A DNA stretch of 63,999 nt, the filler included, from Dirinaria sp. TL-2023a (Eukaryota): the NCBI GenBank assembly GCA_051941275.1. It is 4 parts of 4 records of this genome, joined end to end, with 100 filler letters (N's around TTAATTAATTAA, not from the genome) between each part and the next. Parts side by side here need not be neighbours in the genome. Positions count along the whole stretch, not along the records: positions 32,556 to 48,706 come from JAVEBF010000506.1; positions 48,807 to 63,999 come from JAVEBF010000559.1; 2 more parts are not named here. One strand, given 5' to 3'. Shown piece after piece: positions 38,434-50,428 of the stretch. A model generated the notes under the pieces. The model was not told the origin of the DNA. It was given only the letters and a program-made list of their open reading frames with translations, and did no database searches. The number at the start of each line of letters is the position of its first letter. The stretch's first letter is position 1. The position numbers and the translations under genes are program-made.

Positions 38434-39535
38434 CCTCTAAACAAAATCCATCACTGGTCTCATTTAACCGTCACCAGAAGCATAATCATAGGAAGAACCA
38501 ACAGCAGTTTAATTCTTTGATAGTGAAGGTTAGATGCAATATGAGATGATAACTATCATTGACGCCGCATAAGATCTATCATTGCATAATGTGGATTCTA
38601 ATTATAAGTACGAAGAACGATATTTCATGTGAACTCGCACTATGAAGTAGCATTTTATTCTCCACAGGACGAAGTTATTCTCCGCCCTTTGGTAACATAA
38701 CTAGAGTCCAGAAAACTCCTTTCCCACCCTTCAAATGTGCGCCCCCATACACCCACAGAAAAAAAAAGCTCACCTCAACTTTTCTTCTTCTTTTGTGTTC
38801 AGACTCTACCAATCCCTACCAACGGAGATTGGTCCGAGCACGTACAACTATGCACCCAATGATCCACACATACATACCCAAGGATAAACGAAGTATAAAG
38901 CGAACCAAAATTCCGGGCCAGCGAGCCCATCTACCTATCCCTCTCTCCTTCCTACATCTACCGGCCTTTCCATCAGAGTGAATAACTAGACTCTTGATCG
39001 TAAATCCCTCGAACCTACTCCTCTCCGCTCCTCGCCTCGATCATCCTCTTATATTATCACCTGATTTCTTCAAAATGTAGAAAAAGATCCCACCTCATCT
39101 CATCCCACAAATCGTCAAATATTAATCATAACATCTCAATATCGCGGGGAAAAGGGAGGGGGAGGGAGAAAAAAAAAAGGGGGAAACACTCCATCTACCT
39201 GCGCTGTATATATCAATACCTCGCGTCACCTTCGAGTCTCCAATATCAAAGGAAAATTTCTGCACAGAATCTTGCCCCTCTGAATCGGTACATCATGCTC
39301 AGTGATACATTTCGTCTGGATGATTATTGTACGTATAAATATTAAGAGACTTGTTCTCATCTCAATATGCTGTGGCGATTCGTTTCGTGGCGCGGACGAT
39401 TTAAGTGCAGATGTGTTGTTAAATTTGACAGAGTGTGGGGTGGAGAGGGAAAAGGAATAAGGGATATTGAGACGGATGGAAAGGAAGGAAGAGCAGAGCG
39501 TGGGTATGCTGCGCACTACTGGCAAGGTACGTTCG
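38434..39535 (+). pseudogene. Possible glycosyltransferase family 32 (SUR1/OCH1-like) relic
   Basis: Collinear fragments in broken frames: PLNKIHHW, then RYFM/SHYEVAFYSPQDEVILRPL (cf. RY..L..YGG.Y.D.D...LRPL), then YAAHYWQGT (cf. H.W.GSW). Confidence 0.3.
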
Positions 39536-40042
39536 TTGCTAGCAGGTAATATAGGCAGACCATGGAGATTTATTGCCGGGTGACGATCATTTCACTGCCA
39601 TGGTCTTTGGTTTTCTACATACATTTGCCCCTTTTCTAGAATGGTAAGGGGTAGAATAAAGCTTTTATGCATACAAGCAAGGCCTTTTGAGAGTTTCTCC
39701 AGAGCGCACTTTCGTGCTCCCCCAATTAGTTAAAGGCAAGTTCATCCTTCCATCAATGCTCGCTCGCTCGTTCGCTCGAAAGACAGCAAGGGAATCTATG
39801 TAAAGTAGTTTTGGTTTCTATCTACGCATCTGTCCATCCAGGGAACAACACATGCCACCTCGCCCTCTCTCTTTCCGCTAGGATAAGAAGCTGGGGCGGT
39901 ATCATAGGTACTGGTCATTCTGCTCTAATAATATGGGCGGCATCCTCCTTTCGAAGGAAGTTTCCCGTCACTTTGTTGCCAGTTTGGAGTAAGGTCATGT
40001 CATGTCATGTTCTTATTAAAAGTCTATCATTTTTTGCGTTCG

Positions 40043-43000
40043 TTACTCTTCTTGGGTCGGGGGGATAACAGTTCGCTGGTTCTCGAGACCGCTCGGCTTA
40101 TTACTAGGGGAATCGTTGCCCAGAGAGAGCTCGGGCAAGAGGGCGAAGTCCACTGCCCGCTCTTTACCATTGCGAATTCTTTTGACCTCCAAGCCTGCGC
40201 CTGTTGCTGCGTCCGTCGGAGCTGGTGAGACGGTGCCAGGGCGAGAACTTGTAATGTCCGATATTTCTTCATTTAACGGCAACGCTTCTGGTGTTCTGAT
40301 GCGTTGGGGTGATGAAAAGCCCCTCTGAGGAGTCTCTGGGCGAAACGGGCTACCAAATCTCTGCGACTGGACCTCGTCCCTTAGACTGCCACTGCTCGTC
40401 TTGTGTCCGGATAGTGTGGTTCTGCTCATCAGCATCGAATTGCGCTGACTGGCGACATGGAAGCTCTGGCTGGAAAAATCGCGACTACTCCAGCTCTGAC
40501 GATGTGGTCTCGCGCCGAAAGGAAGATTGCTGTGGGAACGCTGCGAGTTCAAGCTCGCAGCTCGACTCTTGCGGCCGGATGGGCCCGCCACGACAGAGGT
40601 ACGCGAGCCGTACACTTCGAGCTTTGGGTCATAGTCGTCGTTGTCTTCGTCTTCGATTTTCGCGACGCGGCGGATGGAATTGACCGAGAAGTACGGTTCT
40701 TTGGGCTCTTCTGGAACCGGTGCAGGGGCGGGAGGAGGAGGGACGTCCGGAACAGCTTTTTCGAGGTGTTCAAAGTATCGTTGTCGATATTGAGCCCAAC
40801 TCCGAGGCCGGAAGTCTTCGTGATTGCGCATCACCGACATGTAGCTCGAGATAGCGCCGACGGCAATGGCGATCATCAGCACAATAGTTAAGATGCCTTG
40901 GATGACAATGATGACGATCCCGATTACTGTGGTGGTGATGCGCTGAAGATTGAAGCGGGTGTCGAAGGCAGCAGAGAGTGCGAGCGTCGTGACTTTGCTG
41001 AAGCCGAGACAGTACACCATTATTACGTTCAATCGAGCACCCTCAAACGGTCGAAGGATACAGAAGGCAACCAGAGCGACGAACTCGATGATTAAAAGGC
41101 CGAAAACCTGGGTGGCTGCTTGTCCGGCTGCACCGGCGTAAAAGCAGGCACGGATGAACTCGTAGACCAACCATACCGCAAAGAACCACCATCGTGTGCG
41201 TCTGAACCGTGAGGCTAGCCAGCCAAAGCGCTTGATATACTCTTCATCCTGGTGAACCTCGAGCTGTTGTGTATCTTCATTAATGTAGCTGACACGCATG
41301 AATGGAACAGAGGCAGCAGAGGCTCTCTGCTCGTTCTCCTCGGATCGTTTGCTATCACTACCCAGCCCGAAGACTGGAATTCTGCCCACGCGCTTGGTCT
41401 TCTCCAGATGCAGTCGGTCTGGCCGGGCCTCGTAATGACCATATCGAAGTCGGTAAAATAAGGCATAACCACCGAGTCCCATCATTCCGACAAAGAATAT
41501 TAGAAATATGATGGCAGCAACAGCCGTACCACCTCCGGTGCGCGTAAAGGCAAATTGAAAGAGCGTGAGGAACATCATCATGAAGAAGGCTACAAAGCAG
41601 GTTCGCAACACAGCTAAGATGGTGTACCCAATCCAGTGTGCTCTAAAGTAGGTCAGCTTGTCTTTCTTCAAGACTTTGGCCCGAGTCAAGCCTTCCAATA
41701 ACCATTTGAAGGCAATTAATGAAGTGGCGACAATGGTAGTGAAGATCAGCCACCAGAGGAAGCCAGTCATGAATGCATTTGAGGCTGGAATGTCTTCCTG
41801 CGAAAGCGTCCCTGCAAAACCGGAGTAGTTTCCCGGCAGAGGCAGGCCAGGTTTGACTGGATGTCCGTAATAAGAATAACCATCCGAAGCATCTCTTACT
41901 GGCCCATCTCTCCGGCTTAGTGCTGTTTCGAGCGCTCGTGATTTGAGCAGGCTCGACTTATCGAGTACCGAGCCTATGTCTCTGCTCAAAAGGTTGAACG
42001 ATGATCTTTTGTAGATTTGTGAGATTTGGTATCCTCCACCAATGTTGTCAGCTGCTTTCCCTGAAGCAGCTGCGCCGACCATACTTGTATTGCCTTTGTT
42101 GCTGCCAATCAACTGGTTTATGCTGTTCTGCATCGATTGACTGTATATCATCCCACCGGTCCATGCAAAATTGCTCCAGAACGCGGCTAGCACACTGGGC
42201 CAATTCAATGAGAGAGCTCCGGTGTAGAAAATGTGGTGGAAGACCGCGAAAATCACGAAGACGGAAAGCGAGTGGGCATAATGCGTCCGTGTTATGAGGA
42301 TGTCATTGCCATACATGGATGTTGCGAACGATGATCCGACAGCCACGAGTGTGAAAAGACCTAGCACCGTGCCCACTGCATTAGGGTGGGAGAATGTTGC
42401 TCCATTGGTGATTACCGCCGAATAGCAACCTATCTCGCTTTCGGTCGAGTTTGAAAAGATACGTAGGATGGCTTGGCCTTCGAAGTCCGGGATCTGAAGG
42501 GCGAGTGGAGGGATCCCTGCAACATCGGACTGGTCAACTGGAATGATACCGCTGGCTTCGATGGGAACGCTGGCGTTCATGGGACATAGACTGCAGGCTT
42601 TTAGACAAGAATGTGGGGGTATATTTGCCTGAAAGCCCTACCTATAGATCTGAGCGGAGCAGGGATTGAAGGTTAGGTCGAAACGGGATTGCCCGTATGC
42701 AAAGACGCCGATATACACTGCACAAATTTCAGTACCACACTGAATCCCTTAAAAGATCTAAGACTCACTCATCAAGCTCTCATTGGCCACGGCGGTATTG
42801 CCTTCTAAGTGGAAGAGCACGGTCATGTTGTCCTTGTAATAGGCAGCATCGAAGCGCGTGACATTGATCGTCGAGCTTCCCAGACAGTCCCCAAAATCCC
42901 GCGTGTACAGCGCAGGCTTTCTATCGTCCCTGAGGTAGAGTTCTTCCCCCGAGTTGGTGGTAACTTCGACATATGTTGTATCTGCAGCGAATGCTGTTCG

Positions 43001-43078
43001 TATGAAGGAAAGGAGGAAGAGCAGGATGGAGAGGCCGACAGCTGCGCGCTGAAAGCCCCCGAGACGAGAGAACGCCAT
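40043..43078 (-). CDS. FLC/TRP-like (Pkd2/spray family) membrane channel with N-terminal ML-like domain
   Basis: Signal peptide, PALYTRDFGDCLG, RFDLTFNPC, IPDFEG, LSLNWPSVLAAFWSNFAWTGGMI, many TM helices, FGWLASRFRRTRWWFF; two introns at 42.6-42.77 kb. Confidence 0.9.
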
Positions 43079-44124
43079 GGTTGCTGATGTGAGAGAGCGT
43101 GGGGTTTGGATATGCGGGTCGGCGATAGGAGTGAGCAGTCAGGATATGAACAAGTCAAGGGAGGCAGCTGGCGATACCACCATCGGGGCCTTTTCGAGTG
43201 AGTGATACCAGTATGGGTAGGTGCTGGTGGTTTCTAAGGGGTGGTAAGGATAAGACTGAATTTCCTCATGGTCAGCATCACGATGTTCGATCCACAACAG
43301 CTTTGAAATTGGCCTTGTGGGAGCTCTGTTGGTCGAAGAAGTAAAGAGCGTGGGTGCAACGGAAGGTCACAAGAGCCTCGGTAGTGAATGTGGAGCTGTG
43401 ATTGATGGGAATTGAAGAAGTTCAGGAAAGCGATGATTCCGGATTGTGCATCCACCCCCCCAAATTAACGCTAGTATTATGCACTCCGGGATTAGCAAAT
43501 CATCATCTTCATCGATGCATCACGAACAGGAAAAGGAATAAGGTATTGTTCACGTGATCGATAAGCATCAGGTAAAGTAAGGTAGGTAGTATGAACTATG
43601 AATATTACAGTATCACCTCAATGAATGTGCTAGGTATCCAGACGATTAATAAGGTATCATTGCTTGAATTCCCTTTCGAGACTATATCTTCAGCCCATGT
43701 TCCTTCGCATTCCAGCCCGGGGGACCCGCCCCGACCCACAGGCGCGCGTCTCCTCGTGATCCTCCCGCTCATTTATGATTGATTTTCCCCTCCACTCGAT
43801 TTTGTTCGTGCAGGTCCAGAGTACAGTACATTATTGTACCTTTAGGTACCTTGTACTTCGGCAGGGGCCGTTATCCACGATATGAACAAGCGGTAAGGGA
43901 GATACAGGATCGTGGGTCACATGTACCCATCTGTCAGCGAGCGGAGCGGTTAAGTGCGTGCATGGGGTGACGCTGTCCTCTCCCATTTTCTTATCTGTCA
44001 TCGTCGCCAAGCTTTTTGGGCTGGTAAGCTTACCTTACCTGACCTTAATGTTTGGCCGCTGCGGAGCTGCAGTCTACGAACGACGGATTGGCCTCTAGCG
44101 CTCTGCAGTCGATCACCGTTAGAT

Positions 44125-44160
44125 AAGGTACCTTGTCATTCGAAGGTACCTTGTCATTCG
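44125..44160. repeat. Perfect 18-bp tandem duplication (AAGGTACCTTGTCATTCG x2)
   Basis: Seen directly; each unit contains the palindrome AAGGTACCTT. Confidence 0.95.
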
Positions 44161-44394
44161 CCCAAAACACTACTGTTAGTACTCGTACATCAGTGCAGTA
44201 CTCGAGTGAAAGAAGTACTGTAAGGTCACTAAGGTGGGTACTCCAAAGCTGCCTACGGAGTACTCAGTCGTGTTCGCGTACTGCCAAGTGTGCAGTGCCA
44301 CACCAGCGTTATCGCTGGCCCCTCGTGCATGGTGCGAGCAACTTCACAGCCTTGGCATGCAAACCCGATGCTCGATGCTGCTCGGATTCTTCAT

Positions 44395-46482
44395 CTATGC
44401 GTCTAGCCTGAGTCTATCCAACAGTCCGTCGATCTTGTTCAACAGTATCTGATAATTGACCGCATCGCCTGCAAACTCATCTCCCGCGATCTCGCCGTCC
44501 AATGTCCGCACTGCGCCGCTGGCCATCTGCTCTTCCGCCCCGCCGGTGTTGATTATCGGCGCAATCGCAGTGTCATCGTTGGGGAAGGAGCTGGCATCCA
44601 TCCCGTCGTCCTTGGATGGCTTTTGCTCGCCCGCTTGCGCTTCACTCCCGGCGGGTACGTGTCCGTTCGCCGCCGCAGCTGACTCGTCCATCATGTCTTC
44701 AAGCCCTGCGTCTTCGAACCGCAGGCGGAATCGCTCAGAGAGGTAGTATCGGATGCTGTTGGCAAAGTTAGCCCTGCTGTCTCCAAGCTCGATCTAAAGG
44801 GTACTTACTCATCGAGCAACTCGATACTGTCCGTTTCTTGCCTTCTCTTGATCCTCGCTGCGCTTTCTCGGATAAGGTCGGCAAAGTCTTCTTCATCAAT
44901 GTATGACTCCAGCCGGTATGCGAAGTACCTGGCCCCAAATTCTTCAAGACGCGGAACACGAGTGAGCCAGCCTGCGCGGACGACATCGTAAATGTCAATT
45001 ACTTCCGGCTCCGCCTCTTTCCAGTCGGGATCCAGCTGTTGCGGAATTTGCGACATCCTCCCGTTTCCGAGCGTACTAATTACCACTGCTGCCTTTTGCT
45101 TTAGCTTGTCAAGCAGCAGTAAATCAGCAGCGAAGAGAACGTCGACGGCGAGTTCAATTGGCATATCCACCTTCTCCGTGTACAGGAACGCCAAGACTAC
45201 TTCAAGAACTTCGGGCGAACAGTCCACCGGGATGATCTGAAGATGTTCGGTATTTTGCGCTTCTCGAAAGGCCGAAGAGAACATCGCGAGGAAGTAGTCA
45301 GAGCGAAGAAGCATCGCACGGTGAACAGGGAACAGAGTTGACATTCTGGCTTTTCTGCGTCGCGAAGATGCCCGAGAAGCTTGTGTTATAGGACCAACGG
45401 GTATACCATGGAGAGGCCCTTCAGGAACCAGTGTTGGCGCAAACTTAGGATCACACTCTGATAAATCTGCACCTTCATCTGGATTTTCGTCTGCGCGTAA
45501 TAGGACATCCGCAAAAATACCATTGTCTCGATCCCATCGGATGTCCTCTGCCTTGGCTGCTTCTACCACCGTCTTGTGTTTCAACACGTTATCCCGAAAC
45601 CACCTCTCAAGCTGCAATCGCCCTTTCTCTAGTTCGTCCTGTCGATGCTGTCTAGCTAGCCGTCGATCATCCGCTTCCAAGATGCCCTCCCATAGGCTTC
45701 GAATCTCTAAGTATTTGCTAATCTTTTCGACTCCTTCCAGCACCTCGTCCTCACTGAAACCGGTTCCGGGACCACCTCCGACGTCCCTGGGTACCTCCCC
45801 AAGATAAGCATATTTAATAGCAATCGCAAACGCTTGAGGAGGTATTGCAGCAGGGACCTTCCATGAGGTAGCCTCTGGGGATACAGATAGCTTTTTCTGA
45901 AAGTAGGGTGAGCGAGCCGATAGTATAAATTTGTGCAGGTGAAATGACTGGTCGGCAGCAGCTACCAGGATGTCAGAGGTCTGCGGGTGATCTCGGGTCA
46001 AAAGAGATGTTACGTGTGCCGCGAAAGGCTGTAGCGGGTCCGTAGACTTGGTGTATTCGTAGGACAGGAGTAGATTTCGAATTCGATCGTTCAATGCATT
46101 GTAAAGACATCTTTCGCCTTGGAAGGTGTCTCGCTCACAAAGAGCGCCCGATTCAAGAAGTAACCTAACCACCTCATAATGGCCACAGAGACTGGCCTGA
46201 ATCAGGGTTTAGCCAAGCCATGTTTTGGAAACCAAAGGCATGGCAGGAAACCCTTACCAATATTAGCGGTGTGTAGTCAAATCGATCTCGTGCATTAATG
46301 TTCACACCTTCTGTTGTGATCATCTCCTGGCATGACTTTAAATCTCCGCGACGGCAAGCTTCGCACAATTTGCTAAAGCTTTCGCTGACATCCAAAGGAT
46401 TGTCCTCCTTGAGTTTCCCCGACTCGATAAGCCTCTTCTCTTCGTGGAGGCTGGCTTCGAGCTCATCTTTCCTGACCACCAT
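44395..46482 (-). CDS. Ankyrin-repeat and BTB/POZ domain protein (Btb3/ABTB1-like Cul3 adaptor)
   Basis: ACRRGDL...NARDRFDYTPLILASLCGH...GALCERDTFQGERCLYNAL; two BTB domains (FHLHKFILSARSPYF, FPVHRAMLLRSDYF); RQETDSIELLD; two introns. Confidence 0.92.
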
Positions 46483-46968
46483 GTTCCCAAGAAAGAGCAA
46501 ACTAATGTAGAAAGCGTTGTAGTAGGTGTTCAGGAGAAGAGATTTGTGAAGTAATGACTTCACATATCATCACTACTTGCGTTTGTCGCTGATCTTCATA
46601 AAGTGGCGTGCCAAGAGCCAAGGCGGGATAGTACTGTGGTATCTCGGGCCGCAGTGCCGGTTGCTCCGTTGCCTGTGGCATTGTTGACAGTATGAGGCGA
46701 TCTCAGTTTTCTACAGTGATGTACAATCAGAATTACAACACTCTAGAAGAGTCGAAACTCTGATATAGCAATATGGACTCTATCACATTCTGCCTTACCA
46801 TGAACATGTCCAATCAATGCCAAAATATCATACCTACACATAATTGATCTTCGTGGGATCAGGTTCATCCACCTCTGCAGCTACCCAGCCATATCCTTTT
46901 GCTTTATCAGAGTGCAGGTCCATCCCTGAATAGCTTATGAGCTGGGACAGTATCTGGCCAGGGCTATC

Positions 46969-48706
46969 ATGGCTGAGCAAACGAGCGCGGACAAGTATGA
47001 CGTTCTGGAACAGATAGGTACGGAATTCTATGTCTCCCCGACGCGTATGTAAACAGCTAATTCAGTATTCATTAGGTCGTGGATCATTTGGTGTGATTCG
47101 AAAAGTGAGGAGAAAGTCAGATGGAGCCGTAAGCATTAGAGCGAGAAGACATCTTACTCGATTTGCGCTAACAGGAACTCCAGATTCTTTGCCGTAAAGA
47201 GATCAATTATAACAGCATGCAAAAGAAGGAGAGGGACCAATTGCATGCCGAATTTTCAATCCTCCACTCCTTGAACCACCCCAATATCGTGGGCTACTAC
47301 CATCGCGACCATATGAAAGACAGTAAAGACCTTCATCTCTACATGGAATACTGCAGCGGCGGCGACCTGGGGAACACAATAAAGAAACTGAAGGCGAAGA
47401 AGGAACATGCATCAGAAGATTACATTTGGGACATCTTTGCGCAGATTGTCACCGCCCTTTACCGATGTCATTATGGAATTGATCCGCCTCAGCCAGATCA
47501 TTACGGGGCCCCAACAAAGCCATCGGGTCTGCGGCTGAAGAATCAGGTCATGATCCTCCACCGGGACTTGAAGCCTGAGAATAGTAATTTCCATATACCC
47601 CACGAGCACCCTATTTGAATGCTAATGAACAAATCAGTATTTCTCGGAGAAGATAACTCGGTCAAGCTTGGTGATTTTGGTCTTTCAAAAGTAATGCAGT
47701 CACACGACTTTGCATCAACATATGTCGGGACTCCTTACTATATGTCACCGGAGATCTGTGCTTCAGAACGCTATACGCTGCACTCAGATATCTGGGCGCT
47801 TGGTTGCATCATGTACGAATTGTGCACAACGAGGGTGCCATTCAACGCCGCTAGTCACATTCAGCTGGTGCAGAAGATCAATCAGGGAAGAGTTGACCCA
47901 ATACCCGCTCATTACTCTCAAGACCTACAAGAGACGATCAAGGCCTGTTTGAAACTCAATCCTTTGCAGCGGCCAGATACCAGCACACTCATAAATCACG
48001 GTATGCTGAGGCTTGCAAGGGAGAAGAGGGAGGTTGCCATGATGGGAAAGAAAATTAAGAAAGACCAAGACCTATTAGCTCTAAAGCTTCAGGAACTTGA
48101 TGTACGGAATGCTCAATGGGAAGGGGAGAGAGGCCAGTGGAAAAACAAACTCGAAGCAGAGGTTAGCGAGAGGATTGAAGACAACAAACGTCGAGAATGG
48201 GAGGTCAAAGCCCGGCTGGAGATCGATCGACAAATTCAAAACGAGAAAGAGCGCTTACATAAACAATTCGATGCCGCGGTCCAAGCTCATGTTGAAGCAG
48301 AATTGAAGAAGCGACTTCAAGATATCCAAAATGCGAGGCCACCGTCACCGCCATCGACCCGACCAGCTTCGTTCGCTGAAAACGCCAAAGGCACAACACC
48401 AATCGTGAGTGATCTCAGCAGCTTTTCACTAGACTCTCCTGTAGCAGTGAAATGCAACGAACCCCAGCAAGAGCGGAGCACCCCGCCGAAGCGAAAACGT
48501 CGAGGACCGCTTGCCCGCTCACGCACTCAGCTGGACTCCCCAATGGACGTGACGATGGCTGAACCATCTCCAATGTCTATTGCCGGTTTGAGCCTGTCTC
48601 CACGGCGCACCGCAGCCGCAAATGCCCCAAGTCTTCACAATAATAAAAATATCTTTGCGAGAGCTGCAGCGCAAAAATCTGGTCTCAACAACCAACTTCC
48701 CACCCC
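46969..48706 (+). CDS. nimA: G2-specific NIMA-family Ser/Thr kinase (3' end lost in gap)
   Basis: YDVLEQIGRGSFG, CRKEI, QLHAEFSIL, ALYRCHYG, ILHRDLKPEN, VKLGDFGLSKVMQSHDFASTYVGTPYYMSPE, coiled coil and SPMDV..AEPSPMSI. Confidence 0.93.
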
Positions 48707-48806
48707 NNNNNNNNNNNNNNNNNNNNNNNNNNNNNNNNNNNNNNNNNNNNTTAATTAATTAANNNNNNNNNNNNNNNNNNNNNNNNNNNNNNNNNNNNNN
48801 NNNNNN
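48707..48806. other. Assembly spacer (N44-TTAATTAATTAA-N44)
   Basis: Same 100-nt linker; it interrupts nimA. Confidence 0.97.
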
Positions 48807-50428
48807 CTCCCTTCCCCCTTCCCCCCACTCTATCGTCTCTTCTCTACTTTATTCGGACCCGGTATCTCGGTCTCATATTCTGCCGACAGATACAGAACGC
48901 GTTCATGATGAAGTCGCATGATATATAGCGATAATACACTATACTCAAAACCAATACTGTCAAGCACAAACCCACCCTAACACTATCTACATTAAAAACC
49001 AAAGCAGCGGGCTGGATTCAATTGGATCCGGAGAGAACTATCGATGAAAATGCGATTCAAAAAGTTTACTGAGATTGTCGAATCACGATATATGAGGAAG
49101 GGCGATGGCAGAGAAAAAGAATACGAAATTGAAATTACCTTAAATTCTCGATAATTAAGATTTATTTTATCCGTGATGTGGAGTGGAGCTAAGTATTTTT
49201 CGCTTTTTTGGATGTAGACGCTCGCAGCTGAGGAAGGTAAGATAAGACTAGTACCTGCGCGCTACTGTGGGCGAAAGGCGCGCTTGACTATGTTGAGTTT
49301 TGAAATATCCAGTAGCAGTTGCGGCCTCTGGGGTATAAATGGGTTGGGTATATCCTAGAATACTGGTACAGTTCGAGAAGTCAGAAAATCGTCACAAACA
49401 TCTTGAGCGAGATAATCTAAGCGGGAGAGTTAGAGTTGAGTACAGGGATGTAAAAAAATTTCTGCACTGTATTCACTGGCCTAGAGGCACAAGCCACAGG
49501 TGAAAGCTGAGCTGGTATCTTTGATGCATTGCTCGATGAGGTGAGGGTTTTAGTAAGTCTTATTTGCTTCGGCAACAGTTCGATTTGCCATAGAATTCTA
49601 GATCGGAGATTGGAGGTACTACGGTTCTGAACCGGTAGTACGGCTCAATTAGGGGATTTAAAGAGTGTCACGTGGTCTGGGAGTACAAATGGATGAATGG
49701 GCGGGGGCTAGAGATGCGCGAGTTGAAAGTCGGAGGGGGGAAAGGGTGAAGAAGTGAGATAGCGGAACTCTTGAGATCTTTTAAGCACCATGAAGTTAAG
49801 GTAGAGGACAGAAACATAACGAGAGGGTAATAGCTGTAAGATTCTGTTCATGCTTTTACTGCTTTCGCAAAGCAATTAAAATGAAAATTTCAGATGCAGG
49901 ACAGAGATAGCGTTAGCAAGCAAGAGAGACAGCAAGAAACGAAGTAACCATATGTGGAAGGAAAATGTTCTGACGTTGAGAAGGGAATGCGAGTCACTTA
50001 CCACAGCAGACGCATAGCCCGCTTGACTATTATGTGGGATTGAAAATTTCAAGCATGCTTCAGACAATTAAAAGAGTGACTGAGCTGCGTGTTGCCTATT
50101 TGTACATACATCTGATACTTTACACAGTGTTGCGGATAGATAGCCAATAATAGGGTATATGTGCTCCCACAAAAATAACATCCAGTAAGACTGAAGTAAA
50201 ATCGTGGTAAAGAGCGGCAGAAGAATTAAAACCATCGGGAACGAAGTAAAATTAAGGTAGAGAGCGGCAGAGCAGTACACGTGCTTCCACGGAATCATGC
50301 CATGACGAACAAAAGTCCAGCGAGAAAGATTCAACAAACAAGATAGAAAGAGAGAAGTTCGTCCATCCAGTACTGATCCGTAGCCAGGTTAGCTTGTTCT
50401 CCCTCAGAACTTTCACGTTGGCAGGTAT

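Noticed and set aside
46969..48806. Truncated NimA as a natural short isoform
   Set aside because: The ORF simply runs into the assembly gap.
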